64,000 nt of DNA, from positions 1,984,001 through 2,048,000 of the forward strand of contig OY760074.1 in NCBI GenBank assembly GCA_963663035.1, given 5' to 3'. A program made the translations under genes and the position numbers. Shown piece after piece: positions 29,822-40,793 of the stretch; the first letter of the stretch is position 1; every line of letters begins with the position of its first letter. The DNA is from Acidobacteriota bacterium. GTDB lineage: Bacteria; Acidobacteriota; UBA6911; RPQK01; JADFOI01. Below the pieces are notes generated by a model that saw only the letters and a program-made list of their open reading frames with translations, ran no database searches and was not told where the DNA came from.

Positions 29822-32800
29822 GCCGAGACTGTCCCGCGACGTGCCTGTCGGCGTCTGATTCCACAACGTGATTGTGATTCGCTGTTAGTCCTCGCAGATT
29901 GTAAATGGCGAGTAGGGAGAACAGGTAAGACAGCGTCGATTCCGCGCCCTGATTTTCATTGACACCTTCGCTCGTGAGCCCATCGCGGCATCCGCCGCCG
30001 GCATGATCGTAAAGTTTGATTTGTTGATCGTTCTTTCCCAGAAACCAGTTGAAGCAGGTTGATGCCAGCTGAGTCCATTCGTCACGCTGCGTGCATTCAT
30101 AGGCTTCGATACTGGCGCCGATCATGGAAGCTGCTTCAAGAGGCTGTTGATCGTATCGCGCTTTGCTACCAGATTTCTGGAACCAACCTTTATTTCCAAC
30201 TGGTGCGAACCTGACCTGCCCCCACGAACGAGTCCACCCTCTATGCTAGACCCGGGACCATTTGAAGTCCACTCCAAGGGATTGGATCCAGTGCCTGCGA
30301 CCTAGGTAGTTTGGCCTCTGGCGCCGGCGGCCGATAGGCCAAGGCGCTGTGAGGCCGGATCTGATTGTAATCCCTCCGCCAGCGTTCTACCAACACCTTG
30401 GCTTCCCCCAGCGTGTCGAAGATCTCCATGTTCAGCAGCTCATCCCGTAGTTTCCCGTTGAAACTCTCAATGTACCCATTCTCCCAGGGGCTGCCCGGCT
30501 CGATGTACAAGGTCCTTACCCCAACAGCCTGCAGCCAGTCCCGGACCGCCTGTGCCGTAAACTCCGATCCGTTATCGGACCGGATAAACTCAGGCACTCC
30601 CCGATCAACGAATAACTCCGCCAGCCGGTCCAACACGTCTTGGTGATTCATCTGCCGTTTCACATCAATGGCGAGGCACTCTCTGGTGTACTCATCCAGG
30701 ATCGTCAATAGCCGAAAGGCTCGCCCATCATGGGTCCGTTCATGCACGAAATCATAGCTCCAGACGTGGTTCTTGCGAGCCGCTCGTAACCGAACACAGG
30801 AACCGTCATTAAGCCACAGCCTCCTTCGTTTCGGCTGTCTGGACGGGACTTTCAGCCCTTCTTGTCTCCACAGCCTCTCCACCCGCTTAGGATTCACCTT
30901 CCACCCTTCCCCATGAAGTATCGCCGTGACCCGCCGGTAGCCATAACGCCCGTATTGCGTAGCCAACTCCACCATCCGGGCCACCAATCGGGCCTCATCA
31001 TCGGGAATTTGCCTTTCCCTTCGCTGGGTCGATCGAACCTGTCCCAGCACTTGGCAGGCCCGACGTTCGGAGACTCGCTCTGCTCCTAATCGCTCTCGTA
31101 CCCACATCACCGCTCGTCTCCTGTTCGCCGGGCCTAGAAGTTTCCCGAGGACACTTCCTTCAGGATCTGCTTGTCCAAAGACAGATCCGCCACCAGCTTC
31201 TTCAACCGGGTATTCTCCTTCTCCAACACCTTCAACCTCTTGGCCTGGTCCAACCGGAGCCCTCCGTACTCTTTGCGCCACCGGTAGTAGGTCTGCTCGC
31301 TCACCCCCATCTGCTTCGACACCTGTCCCACCCTCTGTCCTTGGGCCAGACCCACCTCTGCCTCACGCAGCTTCATGATGATCTGTTCTGCCCTAAACCG
31401 CTTCCCTGCCATCCTTGCCTCCTTCCTAAACCGGAAATCCTAACATTCAAACTGGACTCGTTTTAGGGGGCAAGGTCAAACCATCCGCCAGACGGATCGA
31501 GCTGGATGTCTCTTAACCATTCGAGTACATCGATACCGGTCTTCACCATGTCATCATCGTTGGTAACGCGACCACAGGCCATCAGCGCTTCGGGCAGGCG
31601 TGCATTGTCGTAGGTCAGCATCGATTCGTACCATTGCCAGTCTTTGGTAGCGTACTGCCTGAAACGGGCCAGGAGTCTGTCGCCCAGCGATTTGATCAGC
31701 TCACGAACCTGGTGGTTATTGTCATTCCTGCGGAGGTACGCCTGCATTCCAAGGATAGGGAATGCAATAGCGCGGGAATGCGAAAAGTCCTCCAGCGCTG
31801 GCAGCGCGTCGTGAAAGATCTTCGTAGCGAGAGCGACTTGACCGGAGTTATGCCCCCAGCCAGCCATCACGCCCAGGGCCCAACACGCCCGTCCGTGAGA
31901 ATCTTCGGATCCAGTGGCGTCCTGCCATTTGCGCTCGTAAGACATGAAATTACGAAATCGCCCAGTCTCTGGATTGAAACCATCATTTAGAAAACTGAGA
32001 TAGATCGACGACAATTCCGTCAGTGAGGTATCGGTTCTATCCAGGTCATGCGCTCTGACAGCAACGATAAGTGCGCGCGCATTGTCGTCGACACAGTATC
32101 CGTGGGCTCGGTTGGGAACCGTGAACTTCGCATGCTGGAGCACGCCGGTGTGATCCGTCATGGAGCGGAGATGCCTTAAATTTATCTGCGGCAGGCGCTG
32201 ATCGTGCTGACTCAGCGTATCCAGTGCCGGGAGATCGCGCGCGCGCGCATGTAGTGCCTTGGCCTGCGAGAACAGTTCCAGATAATGACGGCCCATCTGC
32301 TGCATCACCATCGGCCGGGCGTATGCATAGGCGGCACGACGCAACTTGAGACGCTCCTCAGGATAGTCCAGAAGTTGATTGATCTCGTGCGCCAGCGCCT
32401 GGTGGTCTTTGAATGGGACAAGCCTGCCGCGCCCATCCGCCAACTTCTCCTGTGCGTGCCAGTAGGGAGTGGATACGACGGCCTTGCCCGCCCCAACCGC
32501 GTACGCCAGCGTGCCGGATACGATCTGAGCCTCATTCAGATAGGGGCTGACGTAGATATCGGCAGCCCGAATTATCTCGAGCAATTCACTGCGCTCCAGG
32601 AATCGGTCATGGAAGACAATGTTGTCGCCGACTCCCAGTTCCTTTGCGCGATGGTGCAAACTCAGACGATAGTTTTCACCACTTTCGGCTCTGCAATGCG
32701 GATGGGTGGCTCCAACTACAAAATAAAGTATTTCCGGATGTGAGGCGACGATCTCCGGCAGAGCATCAATCATGAACTCGATACCCTTGCCCGCCGAGAG

Positions 32801-33400
32801 CAGACCGAAGGTCAGAATTACAATTTTGTCGTCTGCGGCGAGCTTTCTCTTACACGGATCCGGATCCAGGAAAGGCACATCGGGAATTCCATGATGAATG
32901 AGAGTTATTTTTCTCTCTGGAACCTGATATATATCTCGAAGAAAATCGGCGGCGTGCTCACTCATAACGACTAAGCCGGCAGAGAGCTTCGATAATTGGA
33001 TGATGATCTTTCTCTCCTCCGCCAAAGGTTCTCTCAATACCGTGTGCAGGGTGGTAAATAGAGGGCTTTTCAAGTTCTGTGCGAGTTCGATAATGAAACT
33101 GCCGCGTTGGCCGCCGAATATTCCGTATTCGTGTTGTAGACAAACTACCGCTGGATTCCTCAGGTTCAGGAAATCCGCAGCGAGACGGTATTCGTTCAGT
33201 TTGTCCTGGCGGATCTGAAATTTGACCGTGTCCGGGTACTCGTAGCCTTCACGCCGATCGTTCATGGCCACGATAGAACAATCTATTCCCGGGTTATTCT
33301 CGAGAATTGCGCTGGCAAGATCAGTAGTAAATGTGGCGATACCACATTGTCTCGGCAGGTACGAGCCGATCAGAGCGACTGATTTTATTGGGGGCAGCAT
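29805..33400 (-). pseudogene. GT4 glycosyltransferase fused to a C-terminal helical-barrel-like domain, split by IS3 copy 2
   Basis: PRQCGIATFT, QHEYGIFG, GYCVDDNAR, YDNARL, DQQPLEA, NQGAEST. Removing the IS and one AACC copy restores ...GGWF-APVGNKGW..., giving 774 aa from ATG 33400 (GGAGG RBS). Confidence 0.9.
30212..31478 (-). mobile_element. IS3-family element, copy 2
   Basis: Same length and ORF translations as copy 1; 4-bp TSD AACC at 30208-30211 and 31479-31482. Confidence 0.95.
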
Positions 33401-33545
33401 GCTGAGATCCCTCCGGTCTTTCGGTCCCAAATCATAAACTTGAGCGGCAACTCTAACATGCCCGAGCAGCTGATCGCCTTCTTGTGCGGCACTCGACACA
33501 GAATCGATCTTGTTCGGGGTGCTGCTGACGACGCATTGATGTGCA

Positions 33546-33668
33546 CTACCCGGAAAACTATCGGCAGGCGAGAATCCAGAAACGGCGATCTTCGGGCCAC
33601 AACCGTGGCCTGACCTGACGCTGCTTGAGAAAAACCAGCTGCTGTCGAAGGCAAATATTTTCGGCGAT
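33546..33668 (-). pseudogene. N-terminal remnant of an rve-type transposase
   Basis: Manual translation IAENICLRQQLVFLKQRQVRPRLWPEDRRFWILACR*FSG*, resembling the ENxxLRQQL..RPRL..DRxFW start typical of the family at 24.8 kb. Confidence 0.6.
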
Positions 33669-34384
33669 TTAGGACTTGAAAATGGCTTTGCAAGCGACCA
33701 GCAAGGCAGCGAATCACTGGAAAACTCCCTACGTTATTCATATTTGTATTGTACATAGCATTGAGTTATTGACGGTGCCATGGCTCCGATACAGTTTTTG
33801 CGCTCTAAGCGCTCAGAGGTGAGGTATGTTGTGATTTCCCCCCTTTTCAGATTGGCTGGGTCATTTCACTCAAGACCGGCATTTGTCTGTTTCTATGGCC
33901 ATTACTTTTACTGCTCTAAGCCATTTCGCTCCAGCACTGCGACCCACTTTGCGATTTCCAAAGAGACCCCATCTGTGCCTGCTATACGGGTGGATCGGAA
34001 ACTTACATTTTTGGATCGTTTTCCCGAAGCACGATCGTTCATCGAAGTACGCTCAACTAGCAGGTAAACTTTACTTCAGTTCTGTGTTTTGTGACATAAA
34101 CTATACGGTTAAAAATAGGCGGTCCAGATTAGGGTGTTGGTGCTGTCGCGGCTGGTGAAACTGGTTTTCGGGCCAATGCTAAATTCCTCCTGGAGTTCGT
34201 GAAATCGGATGATGGGCTCCCAAACTGCCCCCATTTCGACGACCGCTTTCGGGTAGGCTTTAACATTGCCTTTTAAAAAGGGGGTAACTTCATAGGACTC
34301 AAGTACCGATTTATCAATACGTGCATGACTAGTGCCCCTATAATCCCCTTTCTCCTACCTCTCCTCTCCTTCCCCCAAGCTCGC

Positions 34385-34921
34385 TCAGCCAGGCAGCGAC
34401 TTCTGCGGCTCGGGATAGACAATACTTCCAGCCTCTAACCTGGCGAAGGAGGTTAAGCGGTGCTCTTTCAACCCGTCTGCCGTAACGTGAACTATGGAGA
34501 TCTTTCTCAGACCGAGAAGAGCATCAGAAATCAATTGGCGATGACAGCGCCAGGGGACGGCTTCGGCACACATTATGCTGGTTGTAGCTTCTAAAGCAAT
34601 TTCGACAAGAACATCCAGAGCACTCTGAAACTCATCAATCAGCATATAGTCTGCATAGGCACGGAAGCCTGGGCTTTTCCATCCCAGATTGGGAGACTCT
34701 TTTTCGCCCAATTTGCGAAAGCCTCCTAAGGCCTTTAAGTGATAATAGTGGATGCCTATTTCTTCTAATTCTCTGATCAGATTTTCCTGGCTGAAGTGTG
34801 GGAATTTCCGGGAAGTGGGGAATGATCGAACGTCTACGAGTCGTTCAATGCCATGTTCCTGAAGTAACTGGGCAAATTCCTGGAAACTGCGTGTCGAATG
34901 TCCAATGGTAAAAATCTTCAT
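34385..34921 (-). CDS. DUF488-domain protein
   Basis: FTIGHSTR, LVDVRSFP, LGG, MCAEAVPWRCHR. Confidence 0.9.
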   Translation of the reverse strand: MKIFTIGHSTRSFQEFAQLLQEHGIERLVDVRSFPTSRKFPHFSQENLIRELEEIGIHYYHLKALGGFRKLGEKESPNLGWKSPGFRAYADYMLIDEFQSALDVLVEIALEATTSIMCAEAVPWRCHRQLISDALLGLRKISIVHVTADGLKEHRLTSFARLEAGSIVYPEPQKSLPG

Positions 34922-35297
34922 GTCGTAATTATATGGATCTAGAGCCAAAACCTGATACAACTAAGCCTCGCTCCAGGGGCTCGGAGGCCAGTCCGAAGCC
35001 TCTACATTCTGTCAGGGACCTTTTTCTCGGTGCTCCCTGAAAATAAAAAACATTCTGTATCGACACCGAGAACATCATGACTGCGGCTTTGCAGATGGAG
35101 AGCCACCCGCCCTTCACCACAGCCGATACTCACCCGCCATAGAGCAAGCTGGCCCGATAGGTCCATTTTCTTAAAAAAATGACTGGCTATCAAAGCAGCA
35201 GGAGGGTCACCGTCTGATACCTTTCTCACCTTCTCGTTTGGACAGAGTATAATCAGCTTCATACAAACGACCGCAACAATGACCCTGGCAGGGGATT

Positions 35298-36323
35298 GTG
35301 AATCTTCGCTCAATCTTCAGTTATTTTTCGAATGATCTCGCCATTGATCTAGGTACTGCCAACACACTCATTTATGCCCGAGGACGAGGAATCGTTGTCA
35401 ACGAACCTTCCATTGTCGCAATTAACAGACGGAGCAATAACTTGGAAGCAGTCGGACACGAAGCCAAAGAGATGCTGGGCCGTACGCCTGTAAGCATCGT
35501 CGCCATCAAACCAATGAAAGATGGCGTTATTGCTCATTTTGACCTGACTGAAGAGATGCTCAAATACTTCATTAGGAAGGCCCATACCCGCAAGCATTTC
35601 CTGGCTCCCCGAATAGTCATCGGCACCCCATCGGAAATCACCCAAGTGGAAAGGAGGGCGATTATGGACACGGCCTGGGGTGCCAAAGCCAGCGAGGTCC
35701 ACTTGGTGGAACAGGCACTGGCTGCGGCCATTGGTGCCGGCCTCCCCATTACGAAAGCGGGGGGGAACTTGATTGTAGACATCGGAGGGGGAACGACTGA
35801 CATCGCCGTGATTAGTTTGTTTGGCATAGTCTACGGCCGCTCAGTCCGGGTGGCAGGGAATGAAATGGATGAATCCATCATCCAATACATCAAAAGGAAG
35901 TACAGTCTGCTCATCGGAGAACGCGAAGCCGAGCGAGTAAAAATCGAAATTGGCTCAGCTGCACCGCTGGAAGAAGAAATAACGATGGAGATCAAAGGGC
36001 GTGATCTGATCCAAGGCATTCCTAAGGTCATGACCATTACGGATGGAGAGGTGCGCGAGGCCTTGTCCGGCACCATCGACACCATTGTCAATGCCGTGCG
36101 GGTGGCCTTGGAACAGACGCCTCCGGAACTTTCCGCGGACATCGCGGATAAGGGCGCCGTCGTGACCGGAGGTGGAGCTCTCTTAAAGAATTTGGACTTG
36201 AGACTTAAAAATGAGACAGGATTACGTGTGGTGCTGGCTAAAGATCCTTTGTCTTCAGTGGTCCTGGGAGCGGGCAGAATGCTAAGTGATATGGCCCTCC
36301 TCAAGAGAGTCAGCTCTTCGTGA
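35298..36323 (+). CDS. mreB: Rod shape-determining protein MreB (no mreC/mreD adjacent)
   Basis: AIDLGTANT, PMKDGVIA, TQVERRA, VDIGGGTT, TPPELSADI, TGGGALL. Confidence 0.95.
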   Translation: MNLRSIFSYFSNDLAIDLGTANTLIYARGRGIVVNEPSIVAINRRSNNLEAVGHEAKEMLGRTPVSIVAIKPMKDGVIAHFDLTEEMLKYFIRKAHTRKHFLAPRIVIGTPSEITQVERRAIMDTAWGAKASEVHLVEQALAAAIGAGLPITKAGGNLIVDIGGGTTDIAVISLFGIVYGRSVRVAGNEMDESIIQYIKRKYSLLIGEREAERVKIEIGSAAPLEEEITMEIKGRDLIQGIPKVMTITDGEVREALSGTIDTIVNAVRVALEQTPPELSADIADKGAVVTGGGALLKNLDLRLKNETGLRVVLAKDPLSSVVLGAGRMLSDMALLKRVSSS

Positions 36324-36467
36324 ATTTGTCCAAGGGGGATAGATAGCCATGCCAGCTGGACATCAACGCACCGCGACTCCACTCCACTGGCAATTTCCAT
36401 TGTCTTCAATCCTTTCAAGCGTTGGCATTTAAGGAAAATTTCCTAACATAATTAGGGGGCAACACTT

Positions 36468-36527
36468 CTGGGCGAGAAGACCATATCCTACTACAGGATT
36501 CTGGGAAAACTCGGAGAAGGCGGTAAT
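36468..36527 (+). pseudogene. Tiny remnant of a Ser/Thr kinase N-terminus
   Basis: Manual translation LGEKTISYYRILGKLGEGGN (glycine-rich loop); similarity stops there. Confidence 0.55.
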
Positions 36528-36778
36528 GCCCGATATTGTCCCGGGCCCGTTGGGGAGAGTTCAATCACCTGAACATCGCAGCCATTCATTGCCTGGAAGA
36601 AGCGGATGCTGCGCAGTGGAGCGCAGTCCGCGTAGAGGTTCAAGGGAAAACGCCCTACTTCGCTCTATTACTACCGTGAATTGCAAAACCTCAGAGATCC
36701 TCTCCATTTTCGCGCGGAACGTAAGACTCTGCCGGCGGGACGGAGCTAGTGGAGTACGACAAATCGCGCCGGGGGGGG

Positions 36779-38162
36779 GGGAGGTTCCGTCAATAAGTGT
36801 GTAAATAGACATCAGGCGGCTTTCTCCTGGGTGACTGGGTTGACTGGAACTCCATTGACATATTGGGCTCCTTGGTAGACATCCTTCATCAAGTGGGGAG
36901 CCTTCAAACGGCGAAATCTCTTCTCAGCGACCAGCAGCATCTTCCAGATGACAGCCCGTGCGTTGGCCACTTTCTTGAACCTTCGAGCAGCATCGGTTCG
37001 CAGTCGCAGAGCAGAGAAGGGAGACTCCACTGGGTTGGTAGTCCGCAGATGTTGCCACTGCTGTTTGGGATAGTTGTAAAACGTCACCATCCGCTCCCAG
37101 TCCTGGTCGATCAGATCAGCCGCTGCCTCCAGGCCTCTCTTGCTACACCAATGTTGGAATCGTCCTTTGACTCGCTCGGCTTCCTGCCGTGTTTCTGCAT
37201 AAGGGATCTGCCGCAACATCAACAAGGCCGCTTTGTGCCGACTCTTGGGGATCTTGGCCAGCAAGTTGACGATGCGATGATTCCAGCATCTCTGCTCGTC
37301 GGCTTCTGGGAACACGTTGCGCAACGCTCCCCAGATCCCCAGATGCCCGTCAGCGATCACCAGACGGGGTGGGTTCATCCCCCGCTCTTTGAGATCCCGC
37401 AGCACTTCGGACCAGCTCTGGGTCGATTCTCGATAACCACTACTGACGGACACCACCACTTTAGTGCCATCACTTAAAGCGGCGATCACTACCAGAATCA
37501 CGGCCTTCTCCTTCTCCAGCCCTGCTTTGATGTACACGCCGTCCGCCCACAAATACACGACTTCCAGATCATCCAGCCGACGGCTCTGCCAGGCCTCCAT
37601 TTCTCCCTGCCACTTCTGTTTCAACCGGGCTACGGTGCTGGGGGACAGCGGCGCTTCTTCCCCTAAAAGCCCTCTCAAGGCCAGATCGAAATCCCCCTCG
37701 GCCAGACCATGTAAATAGAGTTCTGGAATCAAGTCTCGTACCTCTCGCGTTCGCTTGGCAAACAGCGGCAAGACCCGGCTCTCAAAACGCTCTTCCAGAT
37801 CCCGCACTCGGGGACGCCGCAGCTTGATCGTTCCGCAACTCATCGTCAGTCGCCGCTCCTTGCCGTAGCCGTTGCGATAGCCACCGGAGGCGTCCACTTC
37901 TCGGCGACGCTCATTCTTTCTTCGTCCCAGCAGCTGTGTCACTTCATCCTCCAGCAGTTCCTGTACGTAAAACTGGATCTGCTCTCGCACCCACTCTTCC
38001 AGCTGTTCAAAGCAGACTCTTGACTCCACACTGTGATCAATGTTCTTCTTGCTCATGGCGGTGTGACTCCTTCCTTTCGGGCTCTTCCGCCCGGGTTTTT
38101 ATTTTCACCCGGAAGGATAATCACCGCCTGTGCTATTTACACACCTTTTGAGGGTAGCTCCC
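36779..38162 (-). mobile_element. IS256-family element (transposase 36812-38056)
   Basis: YRNGY, LWADG, ADGHLG, QRCWNH, RTTNPVES. TIRs GGGAGGTTCCGTCAATAAGTGTGTAAATAG and CTATTTACACACCTTTTGAGGGTAGCTCCC; 8-bp TSD of G8 at 36771-36778 and 38163-38170. Confidence 0.93.
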
Positions 38163-38175
38163 GGGGGGGGCTAGC

Positions 38176-38315
38176 ATGAGCCAGACTGCCATTCAGGAGA
38201 TTAGACCCTGGGACCGGCCTTTTTGGAAACTTGCCCGAGGTAAAGTGTGAGGTTCTTACTTATCTTGTCTTGATCCATGTACTCGCCGTCATCGGGCTGA
38301 TTCTTTTTCCGCTGT
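38176..38315 (+). pseudogene. Frameshifted N-terminal fragment of a membrane protein, possibly a fatty-acid desaturase
   Basis: MSQTAIQEIRPWDRPFWKLARGK then, in a shifted frame, EVLTYLVLIHVLAVIGLILFPL; nothing follows. Family assignment is from recollection only. Confidence 0.4.
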
Positions 38316-38388
38316 CGCGGCTCTGTTCATTTTGGACCACCAGGCCAGCAGCCGCGGCAGCTGTCGTTGTAGAATGGTGAACAGAATC

Positions 38389-39561
38389 ATGAAGAAGTCC
38401 GGTATTGGCATCCTAACGGGTGGCGGCGATGTACCCGGTTTAAATTCGGTGATCAAGTCGGTGGTCTATGGGGCCAAACATCTTGCTCGCGAGGTCATTG
38501 GGATTCGCAGAGGCTGGCAGGGTCTCACCGATGTCAACCTCTCTCAGCACCAGGACCCCGGGTTCATCATGCCTCTAAACAGATTGAACACTCGCAGCAT
38601 TGACCGAACCGGAGGTACGGTTCTCCATACCTCCCGCACCAATCCCGCCATGATGAACAAATCCAAACTGCCTGCGCATCTTTCCGCGGAAGAGTTGCGT
38701 CCCCTCCAGGTTGACGAAGACGCCTATGATCTCACACCGATCGTGATTCGAAATCTGGAGCAGCTTGGGATCGAGACCCTCATCGCGATCGGAGGAGATG
38801 ATACACTGGGCTATGCTGCGCACCTGAGTGGCGAGGGTTTTCCCGTTATTGGCATTCCAAAGACCATGGACAACGACGTACCCGGCACGGAATACTGTAT
38901 TGGCTTTTCCACTGCTATCACCAGGGCTAAAGAATTGATCACCCGCCAACGCACGACGCTGGGCTCGCATGAACGCATCGCCGTGTTTCGGATGTTCGGA
39001 CGCGAGTCAGGCTTTACGGCCCTTTATACGGCCTACGTTACGTCCACTCGCTGCCTGATACCAGAATACCCTTTTGACCTGGAGACGATCTGTCGCTTGA
39101 TGGTCGAGGACAAATACAATGCTCCCAGTCGTTACTCCCTGATCGTGATTTCTGAGGGGGCCACCTGGCGAGGACAACCGAAGGCAGAGTTCGGCGAGAC
39201 TGATGCCTACGGTCACCGCAAGACGGTGGACATCGGTCATGCTTTGGCGGCGGAGATTCGACGCCGAACTGGAGAGGAGACGATGACCTCCGATCTCACC
39301 TATGATCTACGCAGCGGGGATCCCGACTCACTGGACAGTCTCGTTGCCGCGACTTTTGCCAACAACGCCATGGACCTGATCAGCAAGGGAATGACAGGTC
39401 AGATGGTCTCGGTCCGAGATGGCCGTTACCACCATACCACCTTACCCGATCCTGCATCTCCTCCTCGTCGGGTCAACGTGGAGAGGCTCTACGACACCTC
39501 CCGCTTTCGGCCGCGCTACGACAACAAGCTAGGCTCCCCCATACTCCTTGACCACGTCTAG
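38389..39561 (+). CDS. 6-phosphofructokinase, predicted PPi-dependent
   Basis: TGGGDVPGLN, GGTVLHTSR, GGDDT and PKTMDND (Asp/Lys signature of PPi-PFKs). Confidence 0.88.
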   Translation: MKKSGIGILTGGGDVPGLNSVIKSVVYGAKHLAREVIGIRRGWQGLTDVNLSQHQDPGFIMPLNRLNTRSIDRTGGTVLHTSRTNPAMMNKSKLPAHLSAEELRPLQVDEDAYDLTPIVIRNLEQLGIETLIAIGGDDTLGYAAHLSGEGFPVIGIPKTMDNDVPGTEYCIGFSTAITRAKELITRQRTTLGSHERIAVFRMFGRESGFTALYTAYVTSTRCLIPEYPFDLETICRLMVEDKYNAPSRYSLIVISEGATWRGQPKAEFGETDAYGHRKTVDIGHALAAEIRRRTGEETMTSDLTYDLRSGDPDSLDSLVAATFANNAMDLISKGMTGQMVSVRDGRYHHTTLPDPASPPRRVNVERLYDTSRFRPRYDNKLGSPILLDHV

Positions 39562-39730
39562 GAGCTTTGTGCTCGGGTGGCTGAGGCCGCTGGGCCTTCA
39601 GTCCGGCCTGAGTTTATCTCAGCCCGGGGCTTACCGCACGCTAGCCAGAATTGTTGCAGTCCAAGGCGGAGACCGTGGGTAGCTTTCTGCCCGGGCGGTC
39701 GCCGAACCGTGCCAAGCCTCAGGGCCCACA

Positions 39731-40759
39731 TTAGGCCACTTCCTTTTCCATCGCTTCATTGTAGCTTCCGCTGCGAGCAGCCCCATTGCAGCTGGCGCGG
39801 TGGTAGAAGGCCTTTTTGGCGGCTTCGATGTTCCGGCTCTCTCCCTGCCAGGCCTCGAGAACCGGGGCCTGGAGGGCGCGGCCGAAGGAAAAGCTGAGTT
39901 CCCATGGGAGCTTGCCCATGGCATTCATGGCATTCAGATTCGTCGTGGCCTGTACGTCAGACTGCCCGCCTGAGAGAAAGACCAAGCCGGGAACAGCCGC
40001 TGGAACATGACGGAGAAAACATCGCAGAGTGGCTTCCGCGACTTCCTCTGGATGCGCCTGAATGGTGCAGTCCTTCCCAGGCAGAACCATATTGGGTTTC
40101 AATAGGATTCCTTCCAGAAGTACACCACTCTCATCCAGAGCGCCAAAGACCGCTTCCAGGGTCTTGCCGGTCTCCGTTTCACAACGGTCTATACTATGAG
40201 CTCCTTCCATCAAAACTTCGGGCTCCACAATGGGAACCAGGCCTTCTTCCTGACAGAGGGCAGCATACCTGCCCAGAGCATGCCCGTTGCAATGAATGCA
40301 GTAGCGGGATGGAGTCTCCTCTCCAATGGCAAGAACCGCTCTCCACTTGGCGAATCTGGCCCCCAGCTGCCGATACTCCTTCAATCGGGCTCTGAGCCCG
40401 TCCAACCCCTCAGTGATCTTCTCTCCACGGCTGAAGGGTAAGGGTGTAGTGCCCTTGTCTACCTTGATGCCTGGAATGATCCCCTGTTTCAGGAGAACAT
40501 CGGTAAAGGCTTGGCCCTCCGAGGTGGTCTGTCGGATGGTCTCATCAAACAAAATGACGCCACTGATGAACTCGTTGGACCCGGAAGTGGTGAAAAAGAT
40601 TTCGCGATAGGCTCGACGACGGTCCGTCGTAGAAGCCACATCGATCGTCTTGAACCGTTTTTCAATGGTGCTGAAGCTCTCGTCGGCTGCCAGGATACCC
40701 TTGTTCGGGGCTACCAGGGCCCGGGCCGTCTCTCTCAATGTATTTCCGTATTCGTACAT
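39731..40759 (-). CDS. Class I fructose-bisphosphate aldolase (eukaryote-like type)
   Basis: KGILAADES, GIKVDKG, FAKWR, VPIVEPE, LLKPNMV, FLSGGQS, FSFGRALQ. Confidence 0.95.
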   Translation of the reverse strand: MYEYGNTLRETARALVAPNKGILAADESFSTIEKRFKTIDVASTTDRRRAYREIFFTTSGSNEFISGVILFDETIRQTTSEGQAFTDVLLKQGIIPGIKVDKGTTPLPFSRGEKITEGLDGLRARLKEYRQLGARFAKWRAVLAIGEETPSRYCIHCNGHALGRYAALCQEEGLVPIVEPEVLMEGAHSIDRCETETGKTLEAVFGALDESGVLLEGILLKPNMVLPGKDCTIQAHPEEVAEATLRCFLRHVPAAVPGLVFLSGGQSDVQATTNLNAMNAMGKLPWELSFSFGRALQAPVLEAWQGESRNIEAAKKAFYHRASCNGAARSGSYNEAMEKEVA

Positions 40760-40793
40760 TAGAACACCCCATTTGTTGCCGCTGTTGACAACC

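Noticed and set aside
21691-31478. Composite transposon formed by IS3 copies 1 and 2
   Set aside because: Copy 2 has its own AACC duplication inside the GT gene, so it is an independent insertion.
33700-34380. att site, ncRNA or CDS in the long gene-free stretch
   Set aside because: No match to the tRNA-Arg 3' end and no recognisable RNA motif by eye; the short ORFs lack family features.
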